A stretch of 63,939 nucleotides of DNA, counting the filler. It is 8 parts of 8 records of this genome, joined end to end, with 100 filler letters (N's around TTAATTAATTAA, not from the genome) between each part and the next. Parts side by side here need not be neighbours in the genome. Positions count along the whole stretch, not along the records: positions 5,350 to 10,530 come from SRR31147125_48595; positions 10,631 to 17,755 come from SRR31147125_48605; positions 17,856 to 34,538 come from SRR31147125_48647; 5 more parts are not named here. One strand, 5' to 3'. The position numbers were made by a program, and so were the translations under genes. The number at the start of each line of letters is the position of its first letter. Position 1 is the stretch's first letter. Shown here piece by piece: positions 10,122-21,914 of the stretch. The notes below the pieces were generated by a model. The model saw only the letters and a list, made by a program, of their open reading frames with translations, was not told the DNA's origin and made no database searches.

Positions 10122-10530
10122 TATAAACCTCCAGCCTGTTATCCGTGACACTTTTAAATCCAAGTGCGCCAGCAATTCGTTTTACCAGCCCTGGATCGCC
10201 CTGAACAACGCTATAATAGACAACATGACCTTGTCGCATAGCATTATAGAGTCTGATATAAGTGTTTCGGTCACCACGCTGTAATTCATAAAGTAAACCT
10301 TTGACAACACTGGCTGCTACCCGATTCATTTTGGAAAGTTCAACCATGTTGTCCTCATGAAGTTTTTCAATCTCATTAAATATGGCCACTTTAGTCAAAT
10401 TGCACTTGGTTATAATTGTTTCCCAAAAGCCAACTTCCGGGGCCGGATCGCTTTTATCGCGCCTTACATTGATATGTCCAATGATTCCATTAAAATTCAT
10501 GATTTTTTTGTCATGAAATCCAAGATAATC
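10114..10530 (-). CDS. C-terminal part of a probable N-acetylmuramoyl-L-alanine amidase (Amidase_2), 5'-truncated by the contig end
   Basis: The frame is open from the contig edge. FNGIIGHINVRRDKSDPAP matches the Amidase_2 C-terminal Zn-ligand motif (GH...K.DP). Confidence 0.65.
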   Translation of the reverse strand, partial: DYLGFHDKKIMNFNGIIGHINVRRDKSDPAPEVGFWETIITKCNLTKVAIFNEIEKLHEDNMVELSKMNRVAASVVKGLLYELQRGDRNTYIRLYNAMRQGHVVYYSVVQGDPGLVKRIAGALGFKSVTDNRLEVYNA

Positions 10531-10630
10531 NNNNNNNNNNNNNNNNNNNNNNNNNNNNNNNNNNNNNNNNNNNNTTAATTAATTAANNNNNNNNNNNNNN
10601 NNNNNNNNNNNNNNNNNNNNNNNNNNNNNN
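10531..10630. other. Artificial contig linker
   Basis: N44-TTAATTAATTAA-N44. Confidence 0.99.
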
Positions 10631-11011
10631 GCCAGCCGGGATTCTCGGTGCGACCGCGGGTCCCGGTATAATGGAAATGTATTCTGAGCCGATGAGGGTG
10701 GGGCTGTCAACCATGGCCACCGAATCCCGACGAATACGCGATGCATATTGCGACAGAATAGCCAGTTCGACACTGACATGGTCCTCCCCCAGTGAAATCC
10801 GTTTGACCTTACCGATATCGGCTTTAAAAAGCTTCACCGCGGCATTGACCTGAAGATTATAACTCTCTTTAAATGTGGTAAAAAACGTCACCTCCTCGGC
10901 AAACCACCCCTTGCCCCGGCCAAGAATGACGACGGTGGTAAACAAAAGGACGGCGATGCAAATGACAAAGAGTCCGACGCTTTTTTCTGTGGTCGAATAA
11001 TTGGTTACCAT
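10631..11011 (-). CDS. mlaD: MlaD/MCE family protein (3'-partial)
   Basis: 'EK.VGLFV' TM followed by an MCE domain (L...A.V.....IGKV..I; IRRDS.A......LIG.EYI.I.PG); lies downstream of mlaE and the ATPase. Confidence 0.85.
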
Positions 11012-11102
11012 GGAGTCGTCACCTGCATGCTGTCGGTCGTTTCCGGAACATTGGATCGTACCCACCCCAAAAGAACCAATTGGCCTATGCCTTGAGAAAA
11101 CA

Positions 11103-11777
11103 CTACCTGAAAATCGTCCGGATCGCTCCACCGGCCAGCGCCAGCCGACGGTTGGCAAGCCCGATAAGCTTGCTGTCGTTGGAAAAAAAAACCATCGGCA
11201 ATTCCAATCGAATCATTTTTTTCAGATGCTGAAATAACCCATCACCTTGTTTCGTTTGCATAAAATGCTCGGGAAACTCGATCAGCATCACCGCCGGCGT
11301 CTTGGCTATTTCACGAATAGCGATGGCTCTGAGCAACTCCGTCCCACTCAAGACCGTGGGTCGCTGATCGAGCTTATGGGCCAGGCCAGCATCGTTGCAC
11401 AGGCGGTGCACAGTCTCATCGAGATCGATACTCAAGTCGTTTTCATGATAAAAACGCGTCAAGAGCAGGTTCTCTCTCAGTGTCCGGTTACTGATCATGG
11501 CGGCATCGGCCGCCACGTATCCGATCCGGCGCTTGACCGCCAGACACCGCTGATAATCTTTCAGGTCGACGTACCTTCCCTGGAATCGATATTCACCACG
11601 GCCAGGGTGATCCAAGGTGGACAGGATTCGCAACAGATGCCTGCCCGCCAGGGGGTCATCAGTCACAACGGCCACCGTGTCTCCTCGATTGATCACCAAC
11701 TGCCCTGGGTCAATATGGTCGGTGTGCGACAGAACCAGGTTCCTGATTTCGATTATCGGCTCGGATGCGGTTTCCAT
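11103..11777 (-). CDS. MlaF-like ABC ATP-binding protein with degenerate catalytic motifs
   Basis: Recognisable NBD scaffold (IGYV, TLRENL, P..LSG.E) and an ATG coupled to the mlaE stop (TAATG), but Walker A, Q-loop, Walker B and H-switch residues are all substituted. Confidence 0.8.
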   Translation of the reverse strand: METASEPIIEIRNLVLSHTDHIDPGQLVINRGDTVAVVTDDPLAGRHLLRILSTLDHPGRGEYRFQGRYVDLKDYQRCLAVKRRIGYVAADAAMISNRTLRENLLLTRFYHENDLSIDLDETVHRLCNDAGLAHKLDQRPTVLSGTELLRAIAIREIAKTPAVMLIEFPEHFMQTKQGDGLFQHLKKMIRLELPMVFFSNDSKLIGLANRRLALAGGAIRTIFR

Positions 11778-12553
11778 TAAATGTAAAAAATAAAGGATAT
11801 GAAAATACTGACCACCAGACAGTAGAAAAAACAATCCACGGCGGCCCGCGAGGTGGCAATCGGTACCTGGGTTATCTGCCTCTTGGGGACAAGCCCATGG
11901 TAAAGGCAGGTTACAGTGATGGTGATGCCGAACAGGATCCCCTTTGACATGCCGACAATGATGTCGCTGCCCACCACGCTTTTGGCAATCTGCTGAAAGA
12001 AGCCTTGAACCGGCAACGTCGTGGTGCCTTTAACGATGGTGTACCCCCCAATGATCGCCATAAGGTCAAAAACCAGAATCAAACTGACGATAGCGGTTGT
12101 AATCCCCACCAACCGGGGAAAACAGAGAACATGAAAAGGATCGATGCCGGCCATTTCCAGGGCTTCGATCTCGTGAAGGACAGTCATGTAGGACACCTCA
12201 ATGGTGACCGCCGTGGCCGAACGCAGGATGACAATAATGGCGGTAATAAACGGGCCCAGTTCCCGCAAGATCAACAAGACGACCAATTTCCCAAGATCAA
12301 CCTGGCCATGAAGCTGGGAAAACTGGACAATCATCATGCAACCGATGATCAGCGCCACGGGAATAATCACCGGCAGGGCCTGAACAGCAGTGAAATAGAC
12401 CTGCTCCACGATCACCCGTTTAATCAACACCCGACCGGTACGGGGTAATGGCAATGCCACGTTGAGCAGGCGATAGGTCAGCGCACACAGATCGGATAGG
12501 CGGTTGACGGAATGAATGGCTATTCTGCCCAATGCACCAACCCCGTTTCCCAT
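11777..12553 (-). CDS. mlaE: MlaE family ABC transporter permease
   Basis: LRELGP..TAI...RS.TA...E...M....EI.ALE..GIDP...L..PR motif. Confidence 0.92.
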   Translation of the reverse strand: MGNGVGALGRIAIHSVNRLSDLCALTYRLLNVALPLPRTGRVLIKRVIVEQVYFTAVQALPVIIPVALIIGCMMIVQFSQLHGQVDLGKLVVLLILRELGPFITAIIVILRSATAVTIEVSYMTVLHEIEALEMAGIDPFHVLCFPRLVGITTAIVSLILVFDLMAIIGGYTIVKGTTTLPVQGFFQQIAKSVVGSDIIVGMSKGILFGITITVTCLYHGLVPKRQITQVPIATSRAAVDCFFYCLVVSIFISFIFYI

Positions 12554-12669
12554 TTTACCGGCCCTTTTTGTGGGTAAGACAACACGGATAAAGTACTTTA
12601 GTTGACTTATCTGATTTCTTACAATATATAATTTGGTTGAGTCAATAGCACAAGGCTAACCATCAAGAA

Positions 12670-13551
12670 TTGAAAGAAAAATTTATCATTTCATATATTT
12701 TTGGGTTCACACTACCCCTCGTATTGCTCCTGGCTTCAGTCTCTGTGGCCGACGACACATTGATTCAGGTATTGGAAAAAGGTCGTATCAATTGGAGCAC
12801 ACGGACCGCTATGGTTAAAGGTATTGGCTCCTCCGGAACCACCGACGAGGGTCAACCGCCAGATGTACCATCAGACGTTTTAGGTGTCGCTCGCATCGAC
12901 GCCCAGGCGAACCTTCTGGCAACCATCAACGCCATTCGCATCAATGCTGTTTCCCGGATAGCGGATCGCATGGCCAAACGCCCGGACTTCTACGATGGTT
13001 TGAGCGCGCTTGTCCAAAATGCAGCCATTACCCATCAGGAGTATTTTTCTGATGGTACCGTGGAAATTGAAATGACCATGACACTGTGCGGCGGATTCGC
13101 TCAGTTCGTACTTCCGGAAGAAATTCGTCAGGTGGATTCGATCACGGCAACGAGCAGTGGCCAGGCAATGCCATCGGCGGCTGCCGCTGACGGGCAACCC
13201 TATACCGGCCTTATTATCGATGCCGTGGGCATCGGCGCCGAACCATCCTTGGTGCCGTGGGTCGTTGATGAATCCGGTGAAACGGTGTATGGCCCGGCAT
13301 TTGTCAGCCGTGAATTCGCCGTATCCCGGGGCATGAGCGGATTTGCCGCAACGATAGCGGCTGCCCGGACGGATAAGCGGGTGGGTGAGCGGCCGATGAT
13401 TGTCAAGGCGATCCGTACCCATCTCACGGGAAATACTGATCTTGTGATATCCAATACGGACGCGGCCCGTCTGCGCAGTTCGGTGGTGTATCTGAATTTC
13501 TTGAAAGCGTGCCAGGTCAGCATTGTATTGGATTTAGCGATGGGCTCGTAA
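12670..13551 (+). CDS. Exported conserved hypothetical protein (LPP20-like N-terminal region)
   Basis: Signal peptide; G.INWS....KGIG, AR.DA..NL, DGTVEI.M, YTGLIIDA, P.V.DE.G..VYG and D.VISN.DA motifs. Confidence 0.7.
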   Translation: MKEKFIISYIFGFTLPLVLLLASVSVADDTLIQVLEKGRINWSTRTAMVKGIGSSGTTDEGQPPDVPSDVLGVARIDAQANLLATINAIRINAVSRIADRMAKRPDFYDGLSALVQNAAITHQEYFSDGTVEIEMTMTLCGGFAQFVLPEEIRQVDSITATSSGQAMPSAAAADGQPYTGLIIDAVGIGAEPSLVPWVVDESGETVYGPAFVSREFAVSRGMSGFAATIAAARTDKRVGERPMIVKAIRTHLTGNTDLVISNTDAARLRSSVVYLNFLKACQVSIVLDLAMGS

Positions 13552-13593
13552 AAATCGTCAACGATTGTATTAAACCGGCTACAAGGAAATGCC

Positions 13594-13965
13594 ATGATCC
13601 AATGGAGCAAATATATCCTATTTGTTTTATTCGTTTATTTTTTAAGCGCCTGTGGTCCCGACACTATTTTTCTCCGGCCGGGTCTGGATACCCCGGCCCA
13701 ACATGTGAAGAACGGACATAGCCTACTCTCCTTTGGAAAAATCGATGCGGCCAATGCCGAATTTCTTCGAGCGACAACCCTGGATGGGAATTATGTGCCG
13801 GCATACGTAGGCATTGCCTTGGTGCAAGGACACCAGGGCCGTATCGATGAAGGGCTAAAAACATTAGACTGGGCAAAAGGGTTGCCAACCACACAGGAAG
13901 AAGAAGATGCCCTGGACCAGGGGTACAAAGATCTGTATGAAATGCAGCTCAAGGAAACAAAGTAG
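13594..13965 (+). CDS. TPR-containing lipoprotein
   Basis: AAGGA RBS, lipobox LSAC and TPR-like helices (G..L...G....A...F.RA; AYVG.AL..G..G). Confidence 0.75.
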   Translation: MIQWSKYILFVLFVYFLSACGPDTIFLRPGLDTPAQHVKNGHSLLSFGKIDAANAEFLRATTLDGNYVPAYVGIALVQGHQGRIDEGLKTLDWAKGLPTTQEEEDALDQGYKDLYEMQLKETK

Positions 13966-14050
13966 CGTTAGTGTGCATCCGTAAATGACACATCGGCCTA
14001 AAGTGGGCCGAAAGGATGAAAACAAACAGTCCCAGGATATGGCGTAACTT

Positions 14051-14093
14051 AAAAAGATGGGGGCCAGCGCCGTGACATGTCGCCGCCCCCATT
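14051..14093 (-). terminator. Probable terminator downstream of ahcY
   Basis: Minus-strand stem ATGGGGGC...GCCCCCAT followed by CTTTTT. Confidence 0.5.
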
Positions 14094-14112
14094 TGGGTTA
14101 CCTCCGAGTCGA

Positions 14113-15588
<1,476 letters not shown>

Positions 15589-16755
15589 TTAAAGACCGGC
15601 CATCTCGCGCATAGCATCCGCCTTGTTGGTCTGTTCCCAGCTAAACTCCGGCTCGGTTCTGCCAAAATGACCATAGGCGGCGGTATTGCGGTAGATGGGC
15701 CGCAATAGATCAAGGTATTCGATGATGGCGGCCGGTCGTAGATCAAAAACCTCTTTGACGATCTCCTCCGCACGCTCCTTGGACACGTTTCCCGTGTGCA
15801 TCAGATCGATCATCACCGAAACGGGTTCCGCCACACCAATGGCATAGGCAATCTGGACCTCGCACTTTTTGGCCAGTCCCGCGGCCACGATATTCTTGGC
15901 CACATGCCGTCCCATGTAGGACGCACTACGGTCCACCTTGGATGGATCCTTTCCGGAAAAGCATCCGCCACCATGGCTGCCTTGACCGCCGTAAGTATCG
16001 ACGATAATTTTACGACCGGTGAGACCGCAGTCACCCATGGGGCCGCCCACCACGAAGCGACCGGTTGGATTGATGAAATAACGGGTGTCCCCATCGATCA
16101 TATCGGCCGGGATCACCTTCTTGATCACCTCCTCGATGATTGCGTCACGAAGGTCTTCATGCGTGACATCCGGTTTGTGTTGGCTTGAGACCACGATGGT
16201 GTCGACCCGCTTGGGTGCGCCATCTTCATACTCAATCGTAACCTGGGATTTACCGTCCGGTCTCAAGAAGTCCAGGGCACCGTTTTTACGCACCTGGGTC
16301 AAGCGGCGGGTCAGCTTGTGGGCGTACATTATGGGCATGGGCATCAGTTCCGGGGTTTCGTCCGTGGCAAAACCAAACATCAGCCCCTGGTCGCCAGCCC
16401 CTTGATCCTTGTACAGTCCCTGTCCCGTATTCACGCCCTGGGCGATATCCGGGCTTTGATGGTCAATGCTGGTAATCACCGAACAGGTACGCCAATCAAA
16501 TCCCATCTGGGAAGAATGATAGCCGATGTCCTTGATGGTATTGCGAACAATCTGGGGCATATCCACATAACACTCGGTTGTGATTTCGCCGGCAATAAAA
16601 GCAAGCCCTGTGGTGACCAGGGTTTCGCAGGCTACTCGGCAGCTTTTATCCTGTGTCATAATGGCATCCAAAATGGAATCCGAAATGGCATCGGCCACTT
16701 TATCCGGATGCCCTTCGGTAACGGATTCGGACGTGAACAGAAATCTGTTTGTCAT
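15589..16755 (-). CDS. metK: S-adenosylmethionine synthetase
   Basis: [49 protein letters not shown] and YGHFGR. Confidence 0.98.
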   Translation of the reverse strand: MTNRFLFTSESVTEGHPDKVADAISDSILDAIMTQDKSCRVACETLVTTGLAFIAGEITTECYVDMPQIVRNTIKDIGYHSSQMGFDWRTCSVITSIDHQSPDIAQGVNTGQGLYKDQGAGDQGLMFGFATDETPELMPMPIMYAHKLTRRLTQVRKNGALDFLRPDGKSQVTIEYEDGAPKRVDTIVVSSQHKPDVTHEDLRDAIIEEVIKKVIPADMIDGDTRYFINPTGRFVVGGPMGDCGLTGRKIIVDTYGGQGSHGGGCFSGKDPSKVDRSASYMGRHVAKNIVAAGLAKKCEVQIAYAIGVAEPVSVMIDLMHTGNVSKERAEEIVKEVFDLRPAAIIEYLDLLRPIYRNTAAYGHFGRTEPEFSWEQTNKADAMREMAGL

Positions 16756-16877
16756 GCATCGTCTCCTTTAAAAAATGCAAATACAATATGTAATCGGACG
16801 TTATTTGCCAAACTTAACAAAGTCCTGGGCGTGGGACAGTGTCGGGTGAAGCAGAGAAACGCCGATGAAGCGAATTA

Positions 16878-16906
16878 AAAATAATTGAACCGTAAATAAA
16901 TGTCAA
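16878..16906 (-). promoter_or_regulatory. Sigma70-type promoter candidate for metK-ahcY
   Basis: Minus-strand TTGACA-N17-TATTTT, just downstream of the upstream gene's terminator. Confidence 0.5.
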
Positions 16907-16923
16907 TAATGACATCGCCTTAT

Positions 16924-16960
16924 AAAACCAGAAGGCAAAGCCCGAAACCGGCTCTGCCTT
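16924..16960 (-). terminator. Terminator of the cytidylate-kinase-like gene
   Basis: Minus-strand AAGGCAGAGCC-ggtttcg-GGCTTTGCCTT followed by CTGGTTTT. Confidence 0.6.
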
Positions 16961-17028
16961 ATGGGGCAATCACTTCGATTGTTACTGCTGGCACCTGTCG
17001 TATCGGTTTCCGGTAGCCCTTGAAACTT

Positions 17029-17661
17029 TCAAGAGGCTTTCATCTTTTCCTTCTCGATGACCATTTCGCAGATCATATTTTTAGCCGTTTTCAAATCCGT
17101 TTTCCCCATATTGAGGACCAAATTATATAAGGAAGGGTCGTCGTAATCACTTTTACCCAGCCGTTTGTAAAGGTTAACACGCCGTTTGTCCTCGTTTTCA
17201 ACCATCCGTTCGGCCTTCTTGCGTGACAGATCATAACGGTCCATCATGAACTTGATTCGATTTTCAAGCTCATCGATTAAAAGGACGTGAAAAGCGTCGG
17301 GATGATCGTCGAGAATATACTGACTGCCCCGCCCCAACACCACCACATCGCCTTCATCGGCAAACTGCGCGATAATCAGCACCAGGTAATCAAGGTAGAT
17401 CTGTTCGTCCAAGTATCCCCGCTCATCCCCCAGCACACGTTCCAGCCAGCGTTTGGAAACCATGCTGGAAATAAATCTGGATAGTTTGCTGCCGGCCTCC
17501 TTTTCAAAAGATTCGATCCAGTTGGTGGATACATTCGCCTCCTTGGCCACACGCTGGATGATATCACTGTCGGCAAAGGTGTATCCCAGAGCTTCAGCCA
17601 CCATTTTACCGAGGGTGATGCCGCCTGCGCCGAACTGTCTTGATATGGTTATGACCGCCAT
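17029..17661 (-). CDS. Cytidylate kinase-like family protein
   Basis: VITISRQFGAGG, VVLGRG, D.RR...Y and YNLVLN; GAGGAGG RBS. Confidence 0.88.
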   Translation of the reverse strand: MAVITISRQFGAGGITLGKMVAEALGYTFADSDIIQRVAKEANVSTNWIESFEKEAGSKLSRFISSMVSKRWLERVLGDERGYLDEQIYLDYLVLIIAQFADEGDVVVLGRGSQYILDDHPDAFHVLLIDELENRIKFMMDRYDLSRKKAERMVENEDKRRVNLYKRLGKSDYDDPSLYNLVLNMGKTDLKTAKNMICEMVIEKEKMKAS

Positions 17662-17723
17662 TACTGCCTCCTCAATGTCAATGTCTCGTTGCGGGTTAGG
17701 ATCGCTTGATTAGTGTGTCCGCA

Positions 17724-17755
17724 CTATCCCTCTGCCGGGGGAATCAGCAGGACCG
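17724..17755 (-). CDS. Extreme 3' end of a gene cut by the contig edge, possibly a universal stress protein
   Basis: Reads (P)VLLIPPAEG*, similar to the USP C-terminal PVL(L/V)(I/V)P motif. The fragment is very short. Confidence 0.3.
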
Positions 17756-17855
17756 NNNNNNNNNNNNNNNNNNNNNNNNNNNNNNNNNNNNNNNNNNNNT
17801 TAATTAATTAANNNNNNNNNNNNNNNNNNNNNNNNNNNNNNNNNNNNNNNNNNNN
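17756..17855. other. Artificial contig linker
   Basis: N44-TTAATTAATTAA-N44. Confidence 0.99.
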
Positions 17856-18025
17856 TTCACCATGAAAAGGATAGGACGGAAACAGTCTATCCTTTTTTTT
17901 ATCTGAAAGAATTCGTGTTCACGGTTTACCGGCATCCTGGGAAAAATATAAAATTTGTTCTTAATGTATCGTGGCAGTCGGTCTGCCATGGATATTATTG
18001 AAAAAATCCCAACAGGAGTTCCTCC

Positions 18026-21000
18026 ATGGAGAAAAGAAAAATTCTGATTCCCGTTATGATCCTTTCCATTACAGTGTTACTCTCTTCGTGTGTGGGGCTG
18101 CTCAGTCGAGATAACGATACGGCCCCATCTTATAGTCGCTCGAATAGTACCAATCGTTCGACTAGTGACAATTCATCCAATATATCACCATCATCATTTT
18201 CTTCCATCATCGCTGAGATGGAATCGCTGTTGAAGGATCCGGATCTGGTATATGGGATCCTTCCAAACGGTATGCGGTATGTGATTCAAAGAAATACCAC
18301 CCCGGCGGATCGGGTGAGCATGCATCTCAATGTTCAGGCCGGATCCATGCAGGAAACCGATGCCCAACGAGGGCTTGCCCACTATCTGGAACATATGCTG
18401 TTTAACGGTTCCACCCATTTTAAACCGGGCGAATTAATTGAGTACTTTCAATCCATCGGCATGATGTTCGGGGCCGATGCCAACGCGCATACCGGTTTTT
18501 TTGAGACCGTGTACGACATTTTGCTTCCCACCGGGGAGCGGCAAGACCTTGAAAAAGGGTTGTTGGTGCTTCAGGATTATGCCCAAGGTGCACTGCTGCT
18601 CGAGTCCGAGGTAGATCGGGAGCGGGGGTTATCCTTGCAGAAAAAAGGGAGCGGGATTCTGTTTCATTCAGAACGTTTAAAGAATCCTTGGGGTTTGAAT
18701 TACCGGATTCCCGTATTGCCCGGCGACTTCCCATCGGTATCGAAGAGGTGATTGAAACCGCCGATCGTAACCTATTGAAATCGTATTATGATACCTGGTA
18801 CCGGCCGGAAACCATGATGATTGTCATGGTGGGAGATTTTGATCCCGCCGTTGCGGAAGAACTGATTCAATCCAGGTTTTCTCAAATTCAGGCAAGGGCG
18901 GATCTGCCGACAATTTTGGAGGATCATGAGAATCGCTGGACTCCCCACACCGGTGAAAAGAGCTTTTACCATTACGAGCCGGAAGCAGGGAATACGGAAG
19001 TGTCAATAGGAACCCTGGTATGGGCACCCTTTGAAACCGAGACCGAGGTGAGTCTCAAAAAACGGGTGCTTCATCGGTTGGCGGATATGGTGGTACAAAA
19101 TCGGCTTTCCGAGTCGGTTCGAAAGGGGGATGTGCCTTTTTCCGATGCCGGGATTTACTCCGGTCGGTTTCTCCGGAATGTTCAATATTCGGGTATTTCG
19201 GCAGAGTGTGAACCGGATGAGTGGGAAGAGAGTTTAGTCGGTCTGGAGAAGACTTTGCGTCAGGCGCTAAGTTACGGATTTACAGCGTCAGAAGTGAATC
19301 GCGTCAAAGCCGACTTTGTCCTGGGACTGGAAACTGCGGTCAAAGAGGCGGGCACACGGAAAAGCACCCCGCTTGCACGACAGCTCATTTCATCCGTCAA
19401 CCGGAAACGAGTGGTAATGTCACCGTCTCAGGAACTGGCACTCCTGAGACCCTATGTGAAAACCTTGACTCCTGCAGTACTTGCGGATGCATTTCAAAAG
19501 AGTTGGTCACAACCCCATCGTCTTGTCCAAGTGACCGGGAATGCTGTGATCCGCTCAGAAGATCTTATCCTTTCAATTTACCGTCAAAGCAAAACCGAGC
19601 AGGTCGCTGCCATTGAAGAAAAGGATGCGCCTAAATTCCCCTATCTTCCCATGCCGAAGGTTGCACAAAAAGGTGCGAATAATAAATCGGCTGCCAAATA
19701 TGCGGCTCATGGTGCAGAGGGGAGACGGAAATTGATTCAAAACGATACCATGGTGGATGATTTGGGAATCCGGATGATTCAGTTTACCAATGGCGTTCGA
19801 CTCAACATTAAGAAAACGGATTTCAAACAGGGGGAACTCATTTTTCAGGCCAACTTCGGAAGAGGAAAGGCCTCTGAGCCGAAAAAGAAGCCGGGACTTG
19901 CCATGGTCACCGAAGCCGTCATGGACGGCAGTGGCGTGGGGCGTCTCACTGTGGATGAGCTTTCCGCGGCCCTTGCCGGAAGAAACGTCGATGTGGAATT
20001 CAGTGTGGATGACGGGGAGTTCAGCTTTTCGGGTTCAGCCGCTCCCGATGAGATCGCGCTTTTATTTCAGCTGCTGTACACTCGAATAATGGATCCGGGG
20101 TTTCGTTCTGAAGCACTGACGCTATTTAAAAGTCGCTACAGCCAGATGTTCCAAGAAATTCCCCGAACGCCTGACGGCATGATGAAGTACAAGGGCGAGC
20201 GCTTCCTTGCCGGTGGTGACAGCCGGTTCGGTATGCCGGAGATGGAAGAGATAGACGCCTTGACCCTGGCGGATGTTGAGGCGTGGATAAAACCGGCTTT
20301 GGGGAAATCCGACTTGGAGATCTCTGTTGTGGGGGATCTTGATGTGGATGACGTAATCGCCAATGCCGCCGATTGGTTGGTGTATCTTCCCCGGAAAGCA
20401 GGGATGGGGCAGGCAGAGAGGAAAAAGGGTTTTGTTGGTATCGGAGTAACAAATGCCAAGTGTGCTGAGAAGAAACGAGACAAGGAAAAGCCGGGACGGA
20501 AACAATCTGTAAAGCGGGTTTCCAAAGATAAGTACGAGAATAAAAGCAGAGAAACCGAATATGCCTATTCTAAATCTCAAAGCGCTCGTGCAGAAAATGC
20601 ACACAAAATGTCCCCTTCCAGACGCCCTGTATTTCCCGTAGGAAAGACGATTGATCTTCCGGTTGAAAGTCGACTGGATAAGGGAATGGTGCTCATGGCC
20701 TTTCCCACCGACGACTTCTGGAACATCAAACAGACCCGACGGTTGAATATTTTAGCTAAACTCTTTTCCGAGCGATTACGTAAAACCCTTCGAGAAGAGC
20801 TGGGGGCCACTTATTCTCCCTATGCATACAATCATGCGTCCCAGGTGTATGACGGGTATGGTCTCCTTCGAGGCGTGGTCAATATTTCACCGGAAAGGGT
20901 GCAGGATGCATTGGGGCACATGGAAGAGATTGCCGATGCTTTGGCCAAAGACGGTGTCGAACAAAATGAATTGGATCTGGTGTTGGAGCCGATTCTCACC

Positions 21001-21207
21001 TATATCAAGGATATGGTCAGAACCAACAGCTATTGGCTGGATTCGGTGCTGGCCGGTTCAGGCGCCCACCCGGAAAAGTTGAAGTGGGCTGAAACCATCA
21101 TGGCGGATTATCGATCGATTTCGGTTGAGGATATCGCTTTGGCGGCCTCCCGTTTCATGAAACGGAATCGCGCCGCCCGGATTATCATTCAACCGTCACC
21201 TGAATGA
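18026..21207 (+). CDS. M16 family (PqqL-like) zinc metallopeptidase lipoprotein, with one apparent frameshift at ~18624-18628
   Basis: Lipobox LSSC, inverted zincin motif HYLEH, NAHTGF, W.Y.PE.M...VGD and LREELGATYSP. An extra G restores ERGVILAEKR. Confidence 0.9.
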
Positions 21208-21694
21208 AATTGAGATCGGTTTGCCGGACATGTTCCCGGATATACTTGTCCACGGCAAAGATCTGTTCAAACGTGAGTTCCGTAAATGCCACCCGCTGCT
21301 CCATCAAGGACGGTGAGGTGGCGGCAGGGGAGGCGGGCATCGCCGGAAAAAAGTCAAGATCCGGCAGCGTTTCCTCCTTTTCAAAAATATCGATGCCTTC
21401 CACTTCCACAGCGGTTTCGATGTCCACGGTTCGAAATGGGAGGTCTCCGACACTGAATCCATATCCTCCCAGAAATATGGTGCCTTCATCTGATGGGAGC
21501 ATCTCTTCATCCTCATCGACATATTTGAAAACCAATCCACCAAGGCTGATATTGACGATTCTCCCAATTTTGTACGAGGAGGGGCTGATGGCGGCATAGG
21601 CCCCTTTTACGGTTTCAAATCGTTGGTAGGCTCTTTTCTCAGATTGTTTTTCTACTTTTTCAACGCTTTCTTCGGCAGCGTTTTCACTTTCCAT
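21185..21694 (-). CDS. PilZ domain-containing protein
   Basis: EKRAYQRF (RxxxR) and NISLGG (D/NxSxxG) c-di-GMP-binding motifs; overlaps the M16 gene convergently by 23 bp. Confidence 0.8.
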   Translation of the reverse strand: MESENAAEESVEKVEKQSEKRAYQRFETVKGAYAAISPSSYKIGRIVNISLGGLVFKYVDEDEEMLPSDEGTIFLGGYGFSVGDLPFRTVDIETAVEVEGIDIFEKEETLPDLDFFPAMPASPAATSPSLMEQRVAFTELTFEQIFAVDKYIREHVRQTDLNFIQVTVE

Positions 21695-21878
21695 AGAGTT
21701 CCTTAACACACTCCTATTTTTCAAGATATATATCGGATGTCGTCATTTTTTGGAGTCATATTATTTACAACGCACTTTGTCAATCAGTTTGTCTTGATAT
21801 CGAAATGGAGAAAACGCATGCATGTGGACCCATGAAAACAGGACGGGGCAGGGGATCCCTCTTACTTTTCCTCTCCTC

Positions 21879-21914
21879 TTCTCACGCTTTATCGACTTCT
21901 CACGCTTTATCGAC
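21879..21914. repeat. Exact 18-bp tandem duplication spanning the asparaginase stop codon
   Basis: TTCTCACGCTTTATCGAC occurs twice (21879-21896 and 21897-21914). Confidence 0.9.

Noticed and set aside
16756..17028. SAM or SAH riboswitch upstream of metK-ahcY
   Set aside because: I could not find the SAM-I core (AUCNAGAG...GCAACC...GUGC) or any other recognisable aptamer. The visible hairpin is explained as the upstream gene's terminator. An Rfam scan would settle it.
17685..17698. Minus-strand AACCCGCAACGAG resembling a 16S rRNA conserved motif
   Set aside because: The match is only about 11 nt, lies in a short intergenic gap and has no surrounding rRNA similarity.
17804..17989. Minus-strand ORF running into the linker
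   Set aside because: It has no recognisable motif and overlaps the likely promoter region of the M16 gene.
21725..21760. Sigma28-like TCCGATAT upstream of the PilZ gene
   Set aside because: There is no correctly spaced TAAA -35 element, and a TTGACA-N17-TATGAC sigma70-like site just upstream explains the region equally well.
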